From Verrucomicrobiota bacterium (lineage in GTDB: Bacteria; Verrucomicrobiota; Verrucomicrobiia; Verrucomicrobiales; Akkermansiaceae), in NCBI GenBank assembly GCA_040384845.1, contig JAZKIL010000014.1, positions 40,227 to 104,226 of the forward strand: a stretch of DNA of 64,000 nucleotides, given 5' to 3'. Positions within the stretch are counted from its first letter, which is position 1. Each line of letters begins with the position of its first letter. The notes beneath the pieces were generated by a model that searched no databases, was not told where the DNA came from, and saw nothing but the letters and a program-made list of their open reading frames with translations. The position numbers were made by a program, and so were the translations under genes. Shown here piece after piece: positions 55,492 through 64,000 of the stretch.

Positions 55492-55514
55492 CGGCGACCA
55501 ATGATCGCCGCCAC
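55492..55514. repeat. REP-like palindrome matching 8256-8278
   Basis: CGGCGACCAATGATCGCCGCCAC versus CGGCGACCGATGATCGCCGCTAC: 21 of 23 identical; next to the ppk1 stop. Confidence 0.7.
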
Positions 55515-55515
55515 G

Positions 55516-57606
55516 TCAATCCTGCGGCACGTGGGGCTCGAAGGTCATGGAGCGTTCGTGTTCCCGAGCCTTGGCGGCGCGTTTGGCTTGGATGTGGAAA
55601 TGCTCTTGCGCGCGGAACGGTTTCTCGCCTTTTTTTGCGGTGATGGGTTTTGAGCTTCCATCGGCTTGGATGCGGTAAGCGTTTTGGTTGTCTTGGAAAT
55701 AGGTTTCCAAGATTTTCACCAAGCGCCGTTTGATACTTTTTTCCTCAATCGGGATCATCAGCTCCACGCGTTTTTCGAGGTTACGCGTCATCCAATCAGC
55801 AGAGGCGATGAAGACTTCGGGTTCGCCGCCTTGGTGGAAGTAGAACAAGCGGGCATGTTCGAGAAAGCGATCGATTACGGAAACGACCTCAATGTTTTTT
55901 GAGAATTTCTCACCCGGGATCAGGCAGCAGATACCGCGGACATTGAGTTGGACTTCGACGCCCGCTGCGGAGGCGTTATAGAGAGCGGCGATGATATCGG
56001 GATCCTGGAGCGAGTTGGTTTTGCCGATAATTTTTGCGGGCAAGCCTTGCTTGGCGCGTTCGGTTTCGCCGGCGATCAGATCTAACAGACGCGGCTTCAT
56101 CGCGGATGGCGCTGGAATGAGGCGCTGGAAGCGGAGCAGTTTGGAGCGGCCCGTCACTGCGTTGAAAAGCAACGATGCGTCGTTACCGTATTCGGATTTG
56201 CAGGTGAGGTAGGAAAGATCCGTGTAGAGGCGCGAGGTGGTCTCGTTGTAATTTCCCGTTCCCAGATGGACGTAGCGGCGCAGTCTGCCGGATTCGCGGC
56301 GCACGATGAGACAGATTTTCGCGTGGGTTTTGAGGTTTTTCACGCCGTAAACAATCTGTGCACCCGCGCGTTGGAGTTCATCGGCGCGGGTGAGGTTGCG
56401 GGCTTCATCGAAGCGGGCTTTCAGTTCGACCAAGGCGGTGACGTGCTTGCCGTTTTCCGCAGCTTTGATCAAGGCATCGATGATGCGCGATTGGCGAGCG
56501 GTGCGATAAAGGATCTGTTTGATCGCGATCACATCCGGATCGGCGGCGGCTTCTTCGATCAAGCGAATGACCGGATCGAACGATTCGTAGGGATGAAACA
56601 ACAGCACGTCGTTGGCGGCGATGGTTTCAAACATCGATGCGCCCGGCGCGATGGCCGGGCTGTTTTGCGCGGGCCATTCTTCATCGCGGAGGTGATCAAA
56701 CGCCGGCAAAAACGCGAGCTCCATGAAAGACGCCAAACCCAGCGGGCCTTCGTGACGGAAAATTTCCTGTGAGGTCGATGACGTCACGGTGCGGATCATT
56801 TGTGATAGATCGCGCGGCGCATCGTCCCGGATTTCGAGGCGCACGGTATCAGCGAAACGACGCGCGGTGAGCACGTCTTCCATTTCATCAGCGAGGTCCG
56901 TGGCGTCTTCTTCCTCGACGGCGATATCGCCATTCCGGGTCACTCGGAAAGCAGTGGTGGCGGTGACGGTTTCACCGGGGAACAAGCGACCCGCATGCTG
57001 TGCGACGAGATCTTCGATCAAGATAAACGCATGCGTTTCATCCTCGGTCTGGACGGAAATTCGACGGGGCAAATTTTCATGAATCGGAATCAACACATGG
57101 CGTGAAGATTGATCGGTTGGATCAAGCAAACGACATGCGAGTACGATGTGAAGCGCGGGGATATTTGGCGGCGGCGAGTTAGGATCGACGGCTAACGGCG
57201 TGAGCAGCGGAGAAATGTTGTCTTCAAAAATCGCTGCGGTTTGGGCGCTCTGTGCGTCCGTGAGTTGATCGGCAGCAAGCATGACGATTCCCTTTTCCGC
57301 TAATGCGGGAAGCAAGGTGTCATTGAGAAGCGTGTATTGATCTGCGCTCATTTTTAGCACCCGATCGCGGATGGCATTGAGGTTGCGGATGGGCGTGTAG
57401 CCTGAGTTGTCGCGAGTTTTCCGACCACTGCGTTTTTGAAGCATCAGCGACCCGACGCGAACTTGGAAAAACTCATCGAGATTCGATGCAGTAATGGCGA
57501 GGAATTTGACTCGCTCTAACAAAGGCATGGATTCCTTCAACGCCTGGTCGAGGACGCGTTGGTTGAATTCGAGCCAGGAGAGTTCGCGGTTGTTGTATTC
57601 GGGCAT
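55516..57606 (-). CDS. ppk1: Polyphosphate kinase 1
   Basis: NRELSWLEFNQRVL, SNLDEFF.VRV, FHPYESF, ELKARFDE, KTHAK, HLGTGNYN, RFLEHAR, SADWMTRNL. Confidence 0.97.
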   Translation of the reverse strand: MPEYNNRELSWLEFNQRVLDQALKESMPLLERVKFLAITASNLDEFFQVRVGSLMLQKRSGRKTRDNSGYTPIRNLNAIRDRVLKMSADQYTLLNDTLLPALAEKGIVMLAADQLTDAQSAQTAAIFEDNISPLLTPLAVDPNSPPPNIPALHIVLACRLLDPTDQSSRHVLIPIHENLPRRISVQTEDETHAFILIEDLVAQHAGRLFPGETVTATTAFRVTRNGDIAVEEEDATDLADEMEDVLTARRFADTVRLEIRDDAPRDLSQMIRTVTSSTSQEIFRHEGPLGLASFMELAFLPAFDHLRDEEWPAQNSPAIAPGASMFETIAANDVLLFHPYESFDPVIRLIEEAAADPDVIAIKQILYRTARQSRIIDALIKAAENGKHVTALVELKARFDEARNLTRADELQRAGAQIVYGVKNLKTHAKICLIVRRESGRLRRYVHLGTGNYNETTSRLYTDLSYLTCKSEYGNDASLLFNAVTGRSKLLRFQRLIPAPSAMKPRLLDLIAGETERAKQGLPAKIIGKTNSLQDPDIIAALYNASAAGVEVQLNVRGICCLIPGEKFSKNIEVVSVIDRFLEHARLFYFHQGGEPEVFIASADWMTRNLEKRVELMIPIEEKSIKRRLVKILETYFQDNQNAYRIQADGSSKPITAKKGEKPFRAQEHFHIQAKRAAKAREHERSMTFEPHVPQD

Positions 57607-57644
57607 GGGAAGAAGTGGAAAGTGTGGAGTGATCAGTGGAAAAA

Positions 57645-59207
57645 CTAGTTATCCTCGTCGATGACGACGGTGAGGCCGAAGACTTGTTCGAAGAGATCCG
57701 CTTTTGCGTCCATGGCGAGGCGTTCGATCGCGGCGTCTTCGAGGCCATGCAAACGGATGTGAAGCTTGTTAGATAAACGGGTGATTTCGATTTTGGAAAC
57801 GCGCTGGATGTGGGTGCGTTCGAGCGCATCCGCCACTCGTAGTATGGCCGCGAGTTTGCAAACACGAATCCGGTCTTCCACGCTGAGCGCTGCGTAGGAC
57901 GGATGATCGAGACGCGGGCCGGAATGGCGATGATATCGCGAAACCAAGGCGACGATGGTGACATCGAGCCGGTCCAAACCGAAGATTTCCGAGTTTAGAA
58001 TGATGTATTCCGAGTGCTTGTGATGCGCGCGCGGGCTTACGTAGGTGCCGACCTCGTGAAGGATGGCGGAGACTTTCAGCAACAACATGTCGTGTTCGTT
58101 GAGCTGGTGCAGATCTTTGAGATTCGCCACGAAGTGTTCGCAAAGTTTTCCGACGTGTTCTCCGTGGCCGGGATCGGATTGGTAGCGTTCTGCCAAAATC
58201 CTGGCGGAACGCAGCACCTCGGAGGCGAAGGTATCGGTGAGATCACGCGAGGCGAGGAGATCATTAAGCAGGCCTTGCTCGTATTCACTAACAGGAATGT
58301 GAACTTCTTTGAGTGAGAGGGTTTCTGCGATGGCGAGGTTGAGCTCAAGCGCGGGGATCAATGCCTCGGCGGTTTGGTAATCGAGTTGGAAACGTTTCAC
58401 CGCTTCGAGGTCGGTGAGCGCGGAGGTCTCGGTGGTGAAGGCGCGCAGTTTTTTTACTGAGCAGGCTTCGTTGGTTTTCGTGACAAAGCTCGCGACCGAT
58501 TGAATTTCATATCCGATCAACACGATACCATCGATGGATACGTCCGAATAATCATGGCGAAGCTGCGCGAGATTTCCCGAAGCGTGTTCGCGAATGACGC
58601 GCAACAAAGTCGGCCCCTCGGCGAGTGATGCCTCGACTGCCTCGCGAGTGCGGTGGGTTCCCATGCGGTAACTTGTGTATCGCGTGATCAGACCTTCTTT
58701 GAAAAGCAATGCCCGCGTGTTTCCCGGGCCGACGTGAACGACCAACGCGGTGCGCTCGCTCATCGCGGGGAGGTGCTGAATGCGGCGGCGGGTTTTGAGA
58801 TAAATCAAACGCGTCATTTCTCCGTCATCGATCATGGAAACCGGAAGCCCACACGCAATGCGAATGCGGTTCAGCACGGCCTCGTGGTTGGTCGCTTCGT
58901 GCAAAACGTTGGTGGCGACGGCGCGGCTGAAATTATGTGGATCAAGGCCGAGCTCGGATAAGGTTTTTTGATAACCGCGGATGATGGAAACAATTCGCTC
59001 TGTGGTCGCGTTCGAGACCACATTTCCGCCGAAAACATCGTGGGCAAGAGGAGCGGGCTGTTCGAGGAAATCGATGGGCAGCAATGTGCCGTCATCGGTG
59101 CGTTCTGCGATAACCATAGAGACCGAACTCGCACCGATATGCAGCGCCGTGAGCAAAGTTGTCTTATCTACTGAAGGAAGGGAACGTTTTGTCCGTGCAA
59201 GCGCCAT
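57645..59207 (-). CDS. ppx: Ppx/GppA family protein with HD domain; catalytic motifs degenerate
   Basis: ASKHA-fold motifs LHIGASS and VHVGPGNT; HD region LHEVG, HHKH, RYHR, LRVADAL; directly upstream of ppk1. Confidence 0.82.
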   Translation of the reverse strand: MALARTKRSLPSVDKTTLLTALHIGASSVSMVIAERTDDGTLLPIDFLEQPAPLAHDVFGGNVVSNATTERIVSIIRGYQKTLSELGLDPHNFSRAVATNVLHEATNHEAVLNRIRIACGLPVSMIDDGEMTRLIYLKTRRRIQHLPAMSERTALVVHVGPGNTRALLFKEGLITRYTSYRMGTHRTREAVEASLAEGPTLLRVIREHASGNLAQLRHDYSDVSIDGIVLIGYEIQSVASFVTKTNEACSVKKLRAFTTETSALTDLEAVKRFQLDYQTAEALIPALELNLAIAETLSLKEVHIPVSEYEQGLLNDLLASRDLTDTFASEVLRSARILAERYQSDPGHGEHVGKLCEHFVANLKDLHQLNEHDMLLLKVSAILHEVGTYVSPRAHHKHSEYIILNSEIFGLDRLDVTIVALVSRYHRHSGPRLDHPSYAALSVEDRIRVCKLAAILRVADALERTHIQRVSKIEITRLSNKLHIRLHGLEDAAIERLAMDAKADLFEQVFGLTVVIDEDN

Positions 59208-59316
59208 CCCCGATATCAGATACGATTGGACAGTTTTACAATGCCGAATGTGTGACAGGAGCGACTAATATAGAGACGAAGCTTGTCACATCGTTTCCAT
59301 CGATAGATAAAGCAGT

Positions 59317-60144
59317 ATGCCTGTTAGCGGAGCTTTAGAACGATACTTGGTCAAGCCGGGTGCAAAGGTGGATCTCTCGAAGATCGATTCGGATGAACGG
59401 ACACTTTTCCAAACTGGGGGAAAAGACGAGAGCAATAAGGCTTTTGATAAGCTGCAGGACGAGCTGCAGGATCTTCAAAAGGTGCTTTACGCACAGAATA
59501 AGCATAAGATTTTGTTAGTCCTGCAAGCGATGGACACCGGCGGCAAGGACGGCTGCGTGAAGCACGTGTTTTCAAGGATCGACCCGCAAGGCATTCACGT
59601 CCGCTCTTTTAAAAAACCGACCGAAGACGAGCTAGCCCGAGATTTTCTGTGGCGCGTGCACAATAAAGTCCCGCGCAGCGGTGAAATGGTTATTTTCAAC
59701 CGCAGCCATTACGAAGATGTCATTGCGGTGAAGGTGAAAAAGTTATTTCCCGATAAAGTTTGGAAACAACGTCACCAGCACATCATCGATTTTGAGCGCA
59801 TGCTCGCCGAGGAAGGCACCACGATTGTGAAAATCTACCTGCACATTTCCAAAGATGAGCAGAAGCGCCGCATCGTTTCCCGACTGGAAAATCCAGAAAA
59901 ACATTGGAAGTTTCATCCAGATGACCTGAAAGATCGGGCGCTTTGGAACGACTTCATGAAGACCTACGAGGAGCTACTTTCAAAAACCTCCACCGAACTG
60001 GCGCCGTGGTATGTCGTCCCCGCCAACCGCAAGTGGTATCGCAACCTTTGCGTCGCACGGATCATGGTGGATACGATGAAGCGGCTGAACATGAAGCTTC
60101 CAAAAGTCGATTGGGATCCAGCCAAAATCGTCGTGGAAGATTGA
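59317..60144 (+). CDS. ppk2: Polyphosphate kinase 2 family, class III-like
   Basis: LQAMDTGGKDG, FKKPT.DEL..DFLWR, FNRSHYEDV, PWYVVPAN.KWYRN. Confidence 0.93.
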   Translation: MPVSGALERYLVKPGAKVDLSKIDSDERTLFQTGGKDESNKAFDKLQDELQDLQKVLYAQNKHKILLVLQAMDTGGKDGCVKHVFSRIDPQGIHVRSFKKPTEDELARDFLWRVHNKVPRSGEMVIFNRSHYEDVIAVKVKKLFPDKVWKQRHQHIIDFERMLAEEGTTIVKIYLHISKDEQKRRIVSRLENPEKHWKFHPDDLKDRALWNDFMKTYEELLSKTSTELAPWYVVPANRKWYRNLCVARIMVDTMKRLNMKLPKVDWDPAKIVVED

Positions 60145-60145
60145 G

Positions 60146-60715
60146 ATGTCCGTGAAATTACTCGGCTTCGCCGCAGTTGCGGAGGTGACAGATCATGACG
60201 CTTTCGCTGCGGCGATCCGCAGTGAACTGGAAGCCGTGCGAGATTTGCTCGGCGCAAACATGGTCGTCCTATCAGGTGCGGGAACGGATGTGGATCTTAT
60301 TTTTCTACGCACTTGTATCGAACTCCGCATCCCAACCATCGTGCTTTTACCAAGCGATGAACCTTTCATCTCCGAAACCGATCCGGAAAAATGCAAGCTG
60401 TTAGAAAATTTACTCAGCGTTTCACTGGCAAAATACCCCCTCCCCCCATCGACCCAGGCCACCCCCATCCTCGAATGGGCAGATGCACTGCTCTGCGCTT
60501 GTTGTGATGACGAAGAGGAAATCCTCACGGACGCGCTGGCTCTCGGCATACCCACGAAAAAACTTCATTCCATCAGTCTCGAATCTAACTGGACTCACCC
60601 ACCCCACCCGGCAAGCCCCGCCAGACATGGATTTCCAACCAGACGTGAGCTACTGGAGTTTCTGGATAAACGGTTTGGAAGTGAGGCAAATCTGACTAGA
60701 AACGTCAGGATATGA
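60146..60715 (+). CDS. Hypothetical protein, possibly a degenerate SLOG-like Rossmann fold
   Basis: Starts 1 nt after the ppk2 stop; pattern LGFA...VVLSGAGTDVDLIF...L.IP.IVLLP...WADALL. Confidence 0.65.
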   Translation: MSVKLLGFAAVAEVTDHDAFAAAIRSELEAVRDLLGANMVVLSGAGTDVDLIFLRTCIELRIPTIVLLPSDEPFISETDPEKCKLLENLLSVSLAKYPLPPSTQATPILEWADALLCACCDDEEEILTDALALGIPTKKLHSISLESNWTHPPHPASPARHGFPTRRELLEFLDKRFGSEANLTRNVRI

Positions 60716-60731
60716 AGTTTAGTGTGTAATC

Positions 60732-60980
60732 ATGAATAAGAAGTCTTGGCAATTGCAGGAGGCAAAAAGCAGATTTAGCGATTTGGTGAACACCGTTCTG
60801 ACTGACGGAGCGCAAACGGTCACCAAACATGGCAAGCCAGCGGTGGTGGTGATTTCAGCCGAAGAATATCAGCAAAGAATCGCCCCACGGAAATCATTGG
60901 CCGCCGCACTTCGGGCCTGCCCGGAGGATCTCTCGGATCTACTGAAATCGGAGCCCAAGCGCGTCGCGCGTGATATTTGA
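60732..60980 (+). CDS. Phd/YefM family antitoxin (orphan)
   Basis: WQLQEAKSRFSDLV, TVTKHGKPAVVVISAEEY. Confidence 0.9.
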   Translation: MNKKSWQLQEAKSRFSDLVNTVLTDGAQTVTKHGKPAVVVISAEEYQQRIAPRKSLAAALRACPEDLSDLLKSEPKRVARDI

Positions 60981-61033
60981 ATCAGCGGGTGAGTTAGCGG
61001 GTCTTTATTCGCGAGGTCACTCTAACTCACGTT

Positions 61034-61462
61034 CTATTCTATATCCGCAATAGCCCCTGTCCGGCAATTTGCGGTGATCACTCCGATCAATCCGTTGGAG
61101 AACATCCATAATCCGTATATTGCCGCTGCGGTTGGAAAAGAGAACAAAGTAAAAGCTAGAGAAGTAGCTCTACGCGTTCTGAAGACCGCGTCAAAATCAG
61201 TCAGCGTGCAGCCTATCCAGAAGATAACTACTCCGGCGACTAACAGCAGGCTCCCCCATACGATCCGTGGCCAGAAAATCCCTCGAATCGTCTGCGCTCG
61301 ATCACTCATGGCTAGATCAACCAAAAGTGCAGCATCGTCATCCGGAACGCCTTGGGCCGATAAACTTTCTAGAATTTCTTCTGAGTCCTCACCCCACATC
61401 ACACTCCGAGTCACTGAGTCCAGTGAGGGATGATCTTCGGTTGGTTCGTCGGCTGAATTCAT
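61034..61462 (-). CDS. Hypothetical two-TM membrane protein
   Basis: Acidic N-terminus plus two hydrophobic helices; start at MNSADE. Confidence 0.7.
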   Translation of the reverse strand: MNSADEPTEDHPSLDSVTRSVMWGEDSEEILESLSAQGVPDDDAALLVDLAMSDRAQTIRGIFWPRIVWGSLLLVAGVVIFWIGCTLTDFDAVFRTRRATSLAFTLFSFPTAAAIYGLWMFSNGLIGVITANCRTGAIADIE

Positions 61463-61526
61463 GATGCTTTTGACTGAGTCTTTATTCGCGTGCATTCGCG
61501 TTCATTGGCGGTTTAATTCCACTTAG

Positions 61527-63260
61527 ATGAAGCCTACGCCCTATCCATTCCTCCTGTCATGCCTGTTTGTTGCCATTTTTTCAATCGTCCCTGCTTCTGC
61601 TGAACCTAAACAGAAACCCAACGTCATCCTCATCATCACGGATGATCAAGGTTACGGCGAAATCGCGGCGCACGGAAATCCCGTGATCAAAACCCCCAGC
61701 CTCGACAAGCTGCACGGCGAGAGCGTGCGACTCACCAATTTCCATGTCGATCCCACCTGCTCACCCACTCGCTCTGCCCTGATGACGGGCCGCTACTCCA
61801 CCCGCACGGGCGTGTGGCACACGATCAATGGTCGGTCACTGATGAAACCTGAAGAAGTGACCTTAGCGGAAACTTTCAAATCCAACGGCTACGCCACTGG
61901 GATGATAGGCAAATGGCATCTTGGAGATAATTACCCGTTTCGCCCGCAGGATCAGGGTTTCGAGCATACCATCCAACACCTCGGCGGCGGCATTGGAAAC
62001 GGCGCGGATTACTGGGACAATGATTACTTCGACGACACTTATCTAACCAACGGCGAGTGGAAAAAATACGAAGGTTACTGCACGGATGTTTGGTTCCGCG
62101 AGGCGGCGCGTTTCGTTGAGGAAAAAAAGGATAAGCCGTTCTTTCTCTACCTTTCCACCAATGCCCCGCACTCGCCACACAACGTGCCTGATGCTTATCC
62201 CAAGCCCTACCGCGATGCGGGGATGCCCGATGAATTGGCAAAATATTACGGGATGATCACCAACATCGATGAAAACCTCGGACGTTTTCGTGAAAAACTA
62301 ATCGAACTCGGGCTTGCAGAAAACACCTTGCTTATCTTCATGACCGACAACGGGACGAGTGCTGGCTACACCGATGAAAAGGCGAAATATCCCTACTTCA
62401 ATGCCGGGATGCGCGGATGGAAAGGCTCCGCATGGGACGGTGGACATCGCGTGCCGTGCTTCTGGCATTGGCCGAAAAATAATCTAACGGGCGGGCGCGA
62501 TGTAACGGAGCTCTCCGCACACATCGATATCTTGCCCACTCTGGTCAACCTGCTGGAATTGAAAAAGCCCGAAGGCCCGGCTCTCGATGGCATACCTCTA
62601 ACCCAGCCACTACATGGTGTTGTGGAAGAAATCCGTGGGGATAGATCTCTCTTTGTTCACGTCCAGCGCGCCTTTGTCCCTCCGAAATGGAGCAACTCCG
62701 CCGTGATGACCCAGCGCTGGCGTTTGGTCGACGGAAAACAACTTTACGACATCCAAGCCGATCCCGGCCAAAAAACGGATATCGCCGCCGCTCATCCCGA
62801 GGTGGTTGAACAACTACGCAGCGATTACGAAACGTGGTGGGCGTCGCTGAAAACAGACATGGAGCAAACCTCACGTTTCTACATGGGTAGTACGGAAAAT
62901 CCGATGATGCTGATGAGTCATGACTGGCTCATGCCCAAAGGACAAGCGGCATGGAACCAGAATCATGTCAAACGCGGCGACCTGATCAACGGACCATGGG
63001 CGGTCGATGTGAAAGAAACGGGTGAATATGAAATCACCCTCCGCTACTGGCCGTCGCATCTGAACAAAGCAATGGATTGCGTCAAAGCCCGACTCACCAT
63101 CGGTGAAACCGATGAGAGTCAAGCCATCGAGAAAACCGCCACCAAAGCTACGTTCCGGGTCAAACTGAAAGCTGGCCCAGCCATGTTGCAAACCTGGCTA
63201 ACAAGATCCGATGAAAAAGAACACGGCGCGTATTTTACGGAGGTCAAGAAGGTGGAGTAG
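61527..63260 (+). CDS. Arylsulfatase (formylglycine-dependent)
   Basis: PNVILIITDDQGYG, CSPTRSALMTG, GKWHLG, PFFLY...NAPH.P, TDNG, GGHRVP. Confidence 0.95.
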   Translation: MKPTPYPFLLSCLFVAIFSIVPASAEPKQKPNVILIITDDQGYGEIAAHGNPVIKTPSLDKLHGESVRLTNFHVDPTCSPTRSALMTGRYSTRTGVWHTINGRSLMKPEEVTLAETFKSNGYATGMIGKWHLGDNYPFRPQDQGFEHTIQHLGGGIGNGADYWDNDYFDDTYLTNGEWKKYEGYCTDVWFREAARFVEEKKDKPFFLYLSTNAPHSPHNVPDAYPKPYRDAGMPDELAKYYGMITNIDENLGRFREKLIELGLAENTLLIFMTDNGTSAGYTDEKAKYPYFNAGMRGWKGSAWDGGHRVPCFWHWPKNNLTGGRDVTELSAHIDILPTLVNLLELKKPEGPALDGIPLTQPLHGVVEEIRGDRSLFVHVQRAFVPPKWSNSAVMTQRWRLVDGKQLYDIQADPGQKTDIAAAHPEVVEQLRSDYETWWASLKTDMEQTSRFYMGSTENPMMLMSHDWLMPKGQAAWNQNHVKRGDLINGPWAVDVKETGEYEITLRYWPSHLNKAMDCVKARLTIGETDESQAIEKTATKATFRVKLKAGPAMLQTWLTRSDEKEHGAYFTEVKKVE

Positions 63261-63287
63261 AGGTCTTAAGGCCGACATTCAGACATT

Positions 63288-63854
63288 TTACGCCTCCACA
63301 CTCAACGACAGCGCGCGAGAAAAATCTTCTGCCTCGCGGTCGCAGGCGGCTAGAAAGATTCTGATTTCTTCTAACAGCGCATCGCAATGTTTATTCCATT
63401 TCGATTCGCCACGAAGGATCTGAGTGCTTTCACGGAGGCCGGTGAAATGAACTTTCTCTGCACCAGCCTCGCGAAGCTCCGCAATTTCAGCGCGTAGGGT
63501 TTCGAAAAACGCTAGCTCGAAACCATTACCGGCATTGGTGGCGGTGTGAACGAGACAAACCGTCACCGGCGGCGCAAGCGGTTGGAGTTTGTCCGCGATT
63601 GGTGCGCAGCCGATTTTCACCAGCATCTTGCGCACGCGCTCGAACAAATCCTCAAGCTGCAACAAGCGCAGAGAACATTTACTTTCCAAATACAGCTCCA
63701 CTCCGTAGCGGATTTCCTGCGCCATCGGGAAATTCTCATGATCCGCAGCTTTCGCAGCGCGCATGATCGCGTCTTCCAACCACGCAGTATCGTAATCGAG
63801 CACCTGGTAGGGGCCGATCTGAATCGCGGGGCGTTGGTTGATGAAAGCGATCAC
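63288..63854 (-). CDS. Hypothetical protein downstream of nrdR
   Basis: 188-aa ORF co-oriented with nrdR; no confident family. Confidence 0.72.
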   Translation of the reverse strand: MIAFINQRPAIQIGPYQVLDYDTAWLEDAIMRAAKAADHENFPMAQEIRYGVELYLESKCSLRLLQLEDLFERVRKMLVKIGCAPIADKLQPLAPPVTVCLVHTATNAGNGFELAFFETLRAEIAELREAGAEKVHFTGLRESTQILRGESKWNKHCDALLEEIRIFLAACDREAEDFSRALSLSVEA

Positions 63855-63902
63855 AAAAGTTTTATAAGGAAACGTTGATTTCTAAATGAGTTGAACGGCG
63901 CG

Positions 63903-64000
63903 TCATTCTTTGAACAAGCGGCGCTGGAAGGTATCCCGCGCGGCGCGGCGCGAGAGCGATTGGATCTCGGCGATGAATTCGTTCACGTTTTCGAACTGAC
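63903..64000 (-). CDS. nrdR: Transcriptional repressor NrdR, C-terminal fragment (gene starts beyond the window)
   Basis: Minus-strand translation QFENVNEFIAEIQSLSRRAARDTFQRRLFKE-stop resembles the NrdR C-terminus (YRQFxDVxEF). Confidence 0.75.
   Translation of the reverse strand, partial: QFENVNEFIAEIQSLSRRAARDTFQRRLFKE

Noticed and set aside
60989-61036. Possible attC after the 61034 gene (ATAGAAC-GTGAG-TTAG...CTAA-CTCAC)
   Set aside because: The spacers pair perfectly and there is no terminal GTT; better explained as a hairpin between convergent genes.
1-64000. tRNA, rRNA, riboswitch, prophage or IS transposase
   Set aside because: None recognised by eye; tRNAscan-SE and Infernal/Rfam were not run, so small RNAs cannot be fully excluded.

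Overview
A gene-dense bacterial chromosome segment, most likely from a Verrucomicrobiaceae (Luteolibacter-like) genome, judged by PVC-specific families (PSD1/PSCyt-DUF1553 with DUF1501, DUF1080, ECF sigma plus kinase pair). Most of it is housekeeping: accA, acpP, ilvD, type-B rpmJ, fumC, msrA, cysE, purE/purK, ndk, Sua5, ppk1/ppx/ppk2, the 3' end of nrdR, and a MacAB-TolC-like operon. The main accessory element is an integron gene-cassette array without an integrase in the window (CALIN, about 5960-7900, minus strand). It has four small ORFan cassettes, three full-length attC sites (one with GTT changed to ATT), one truncated attC, and cassette-end complementarity supporting real cassette boundaries. 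Other points of interest: an uncharacterised circularly permuted ATP-grasp/alpha-E/transglutaminase operon whose alpha-E protein ends in poly-Gln; a Ppx homologue that seems to have lost its catalytic residues; divergent cysE and rrf2 genes sharing one CATG; an identical 15-bp motif 49 nt upstream of two consecutive genes; and several REP-like palindrome families. No tRNA, rRNA, CRISPR array or intact transposase was recognised. All family calls come from motif recognition by eye, not database searches.
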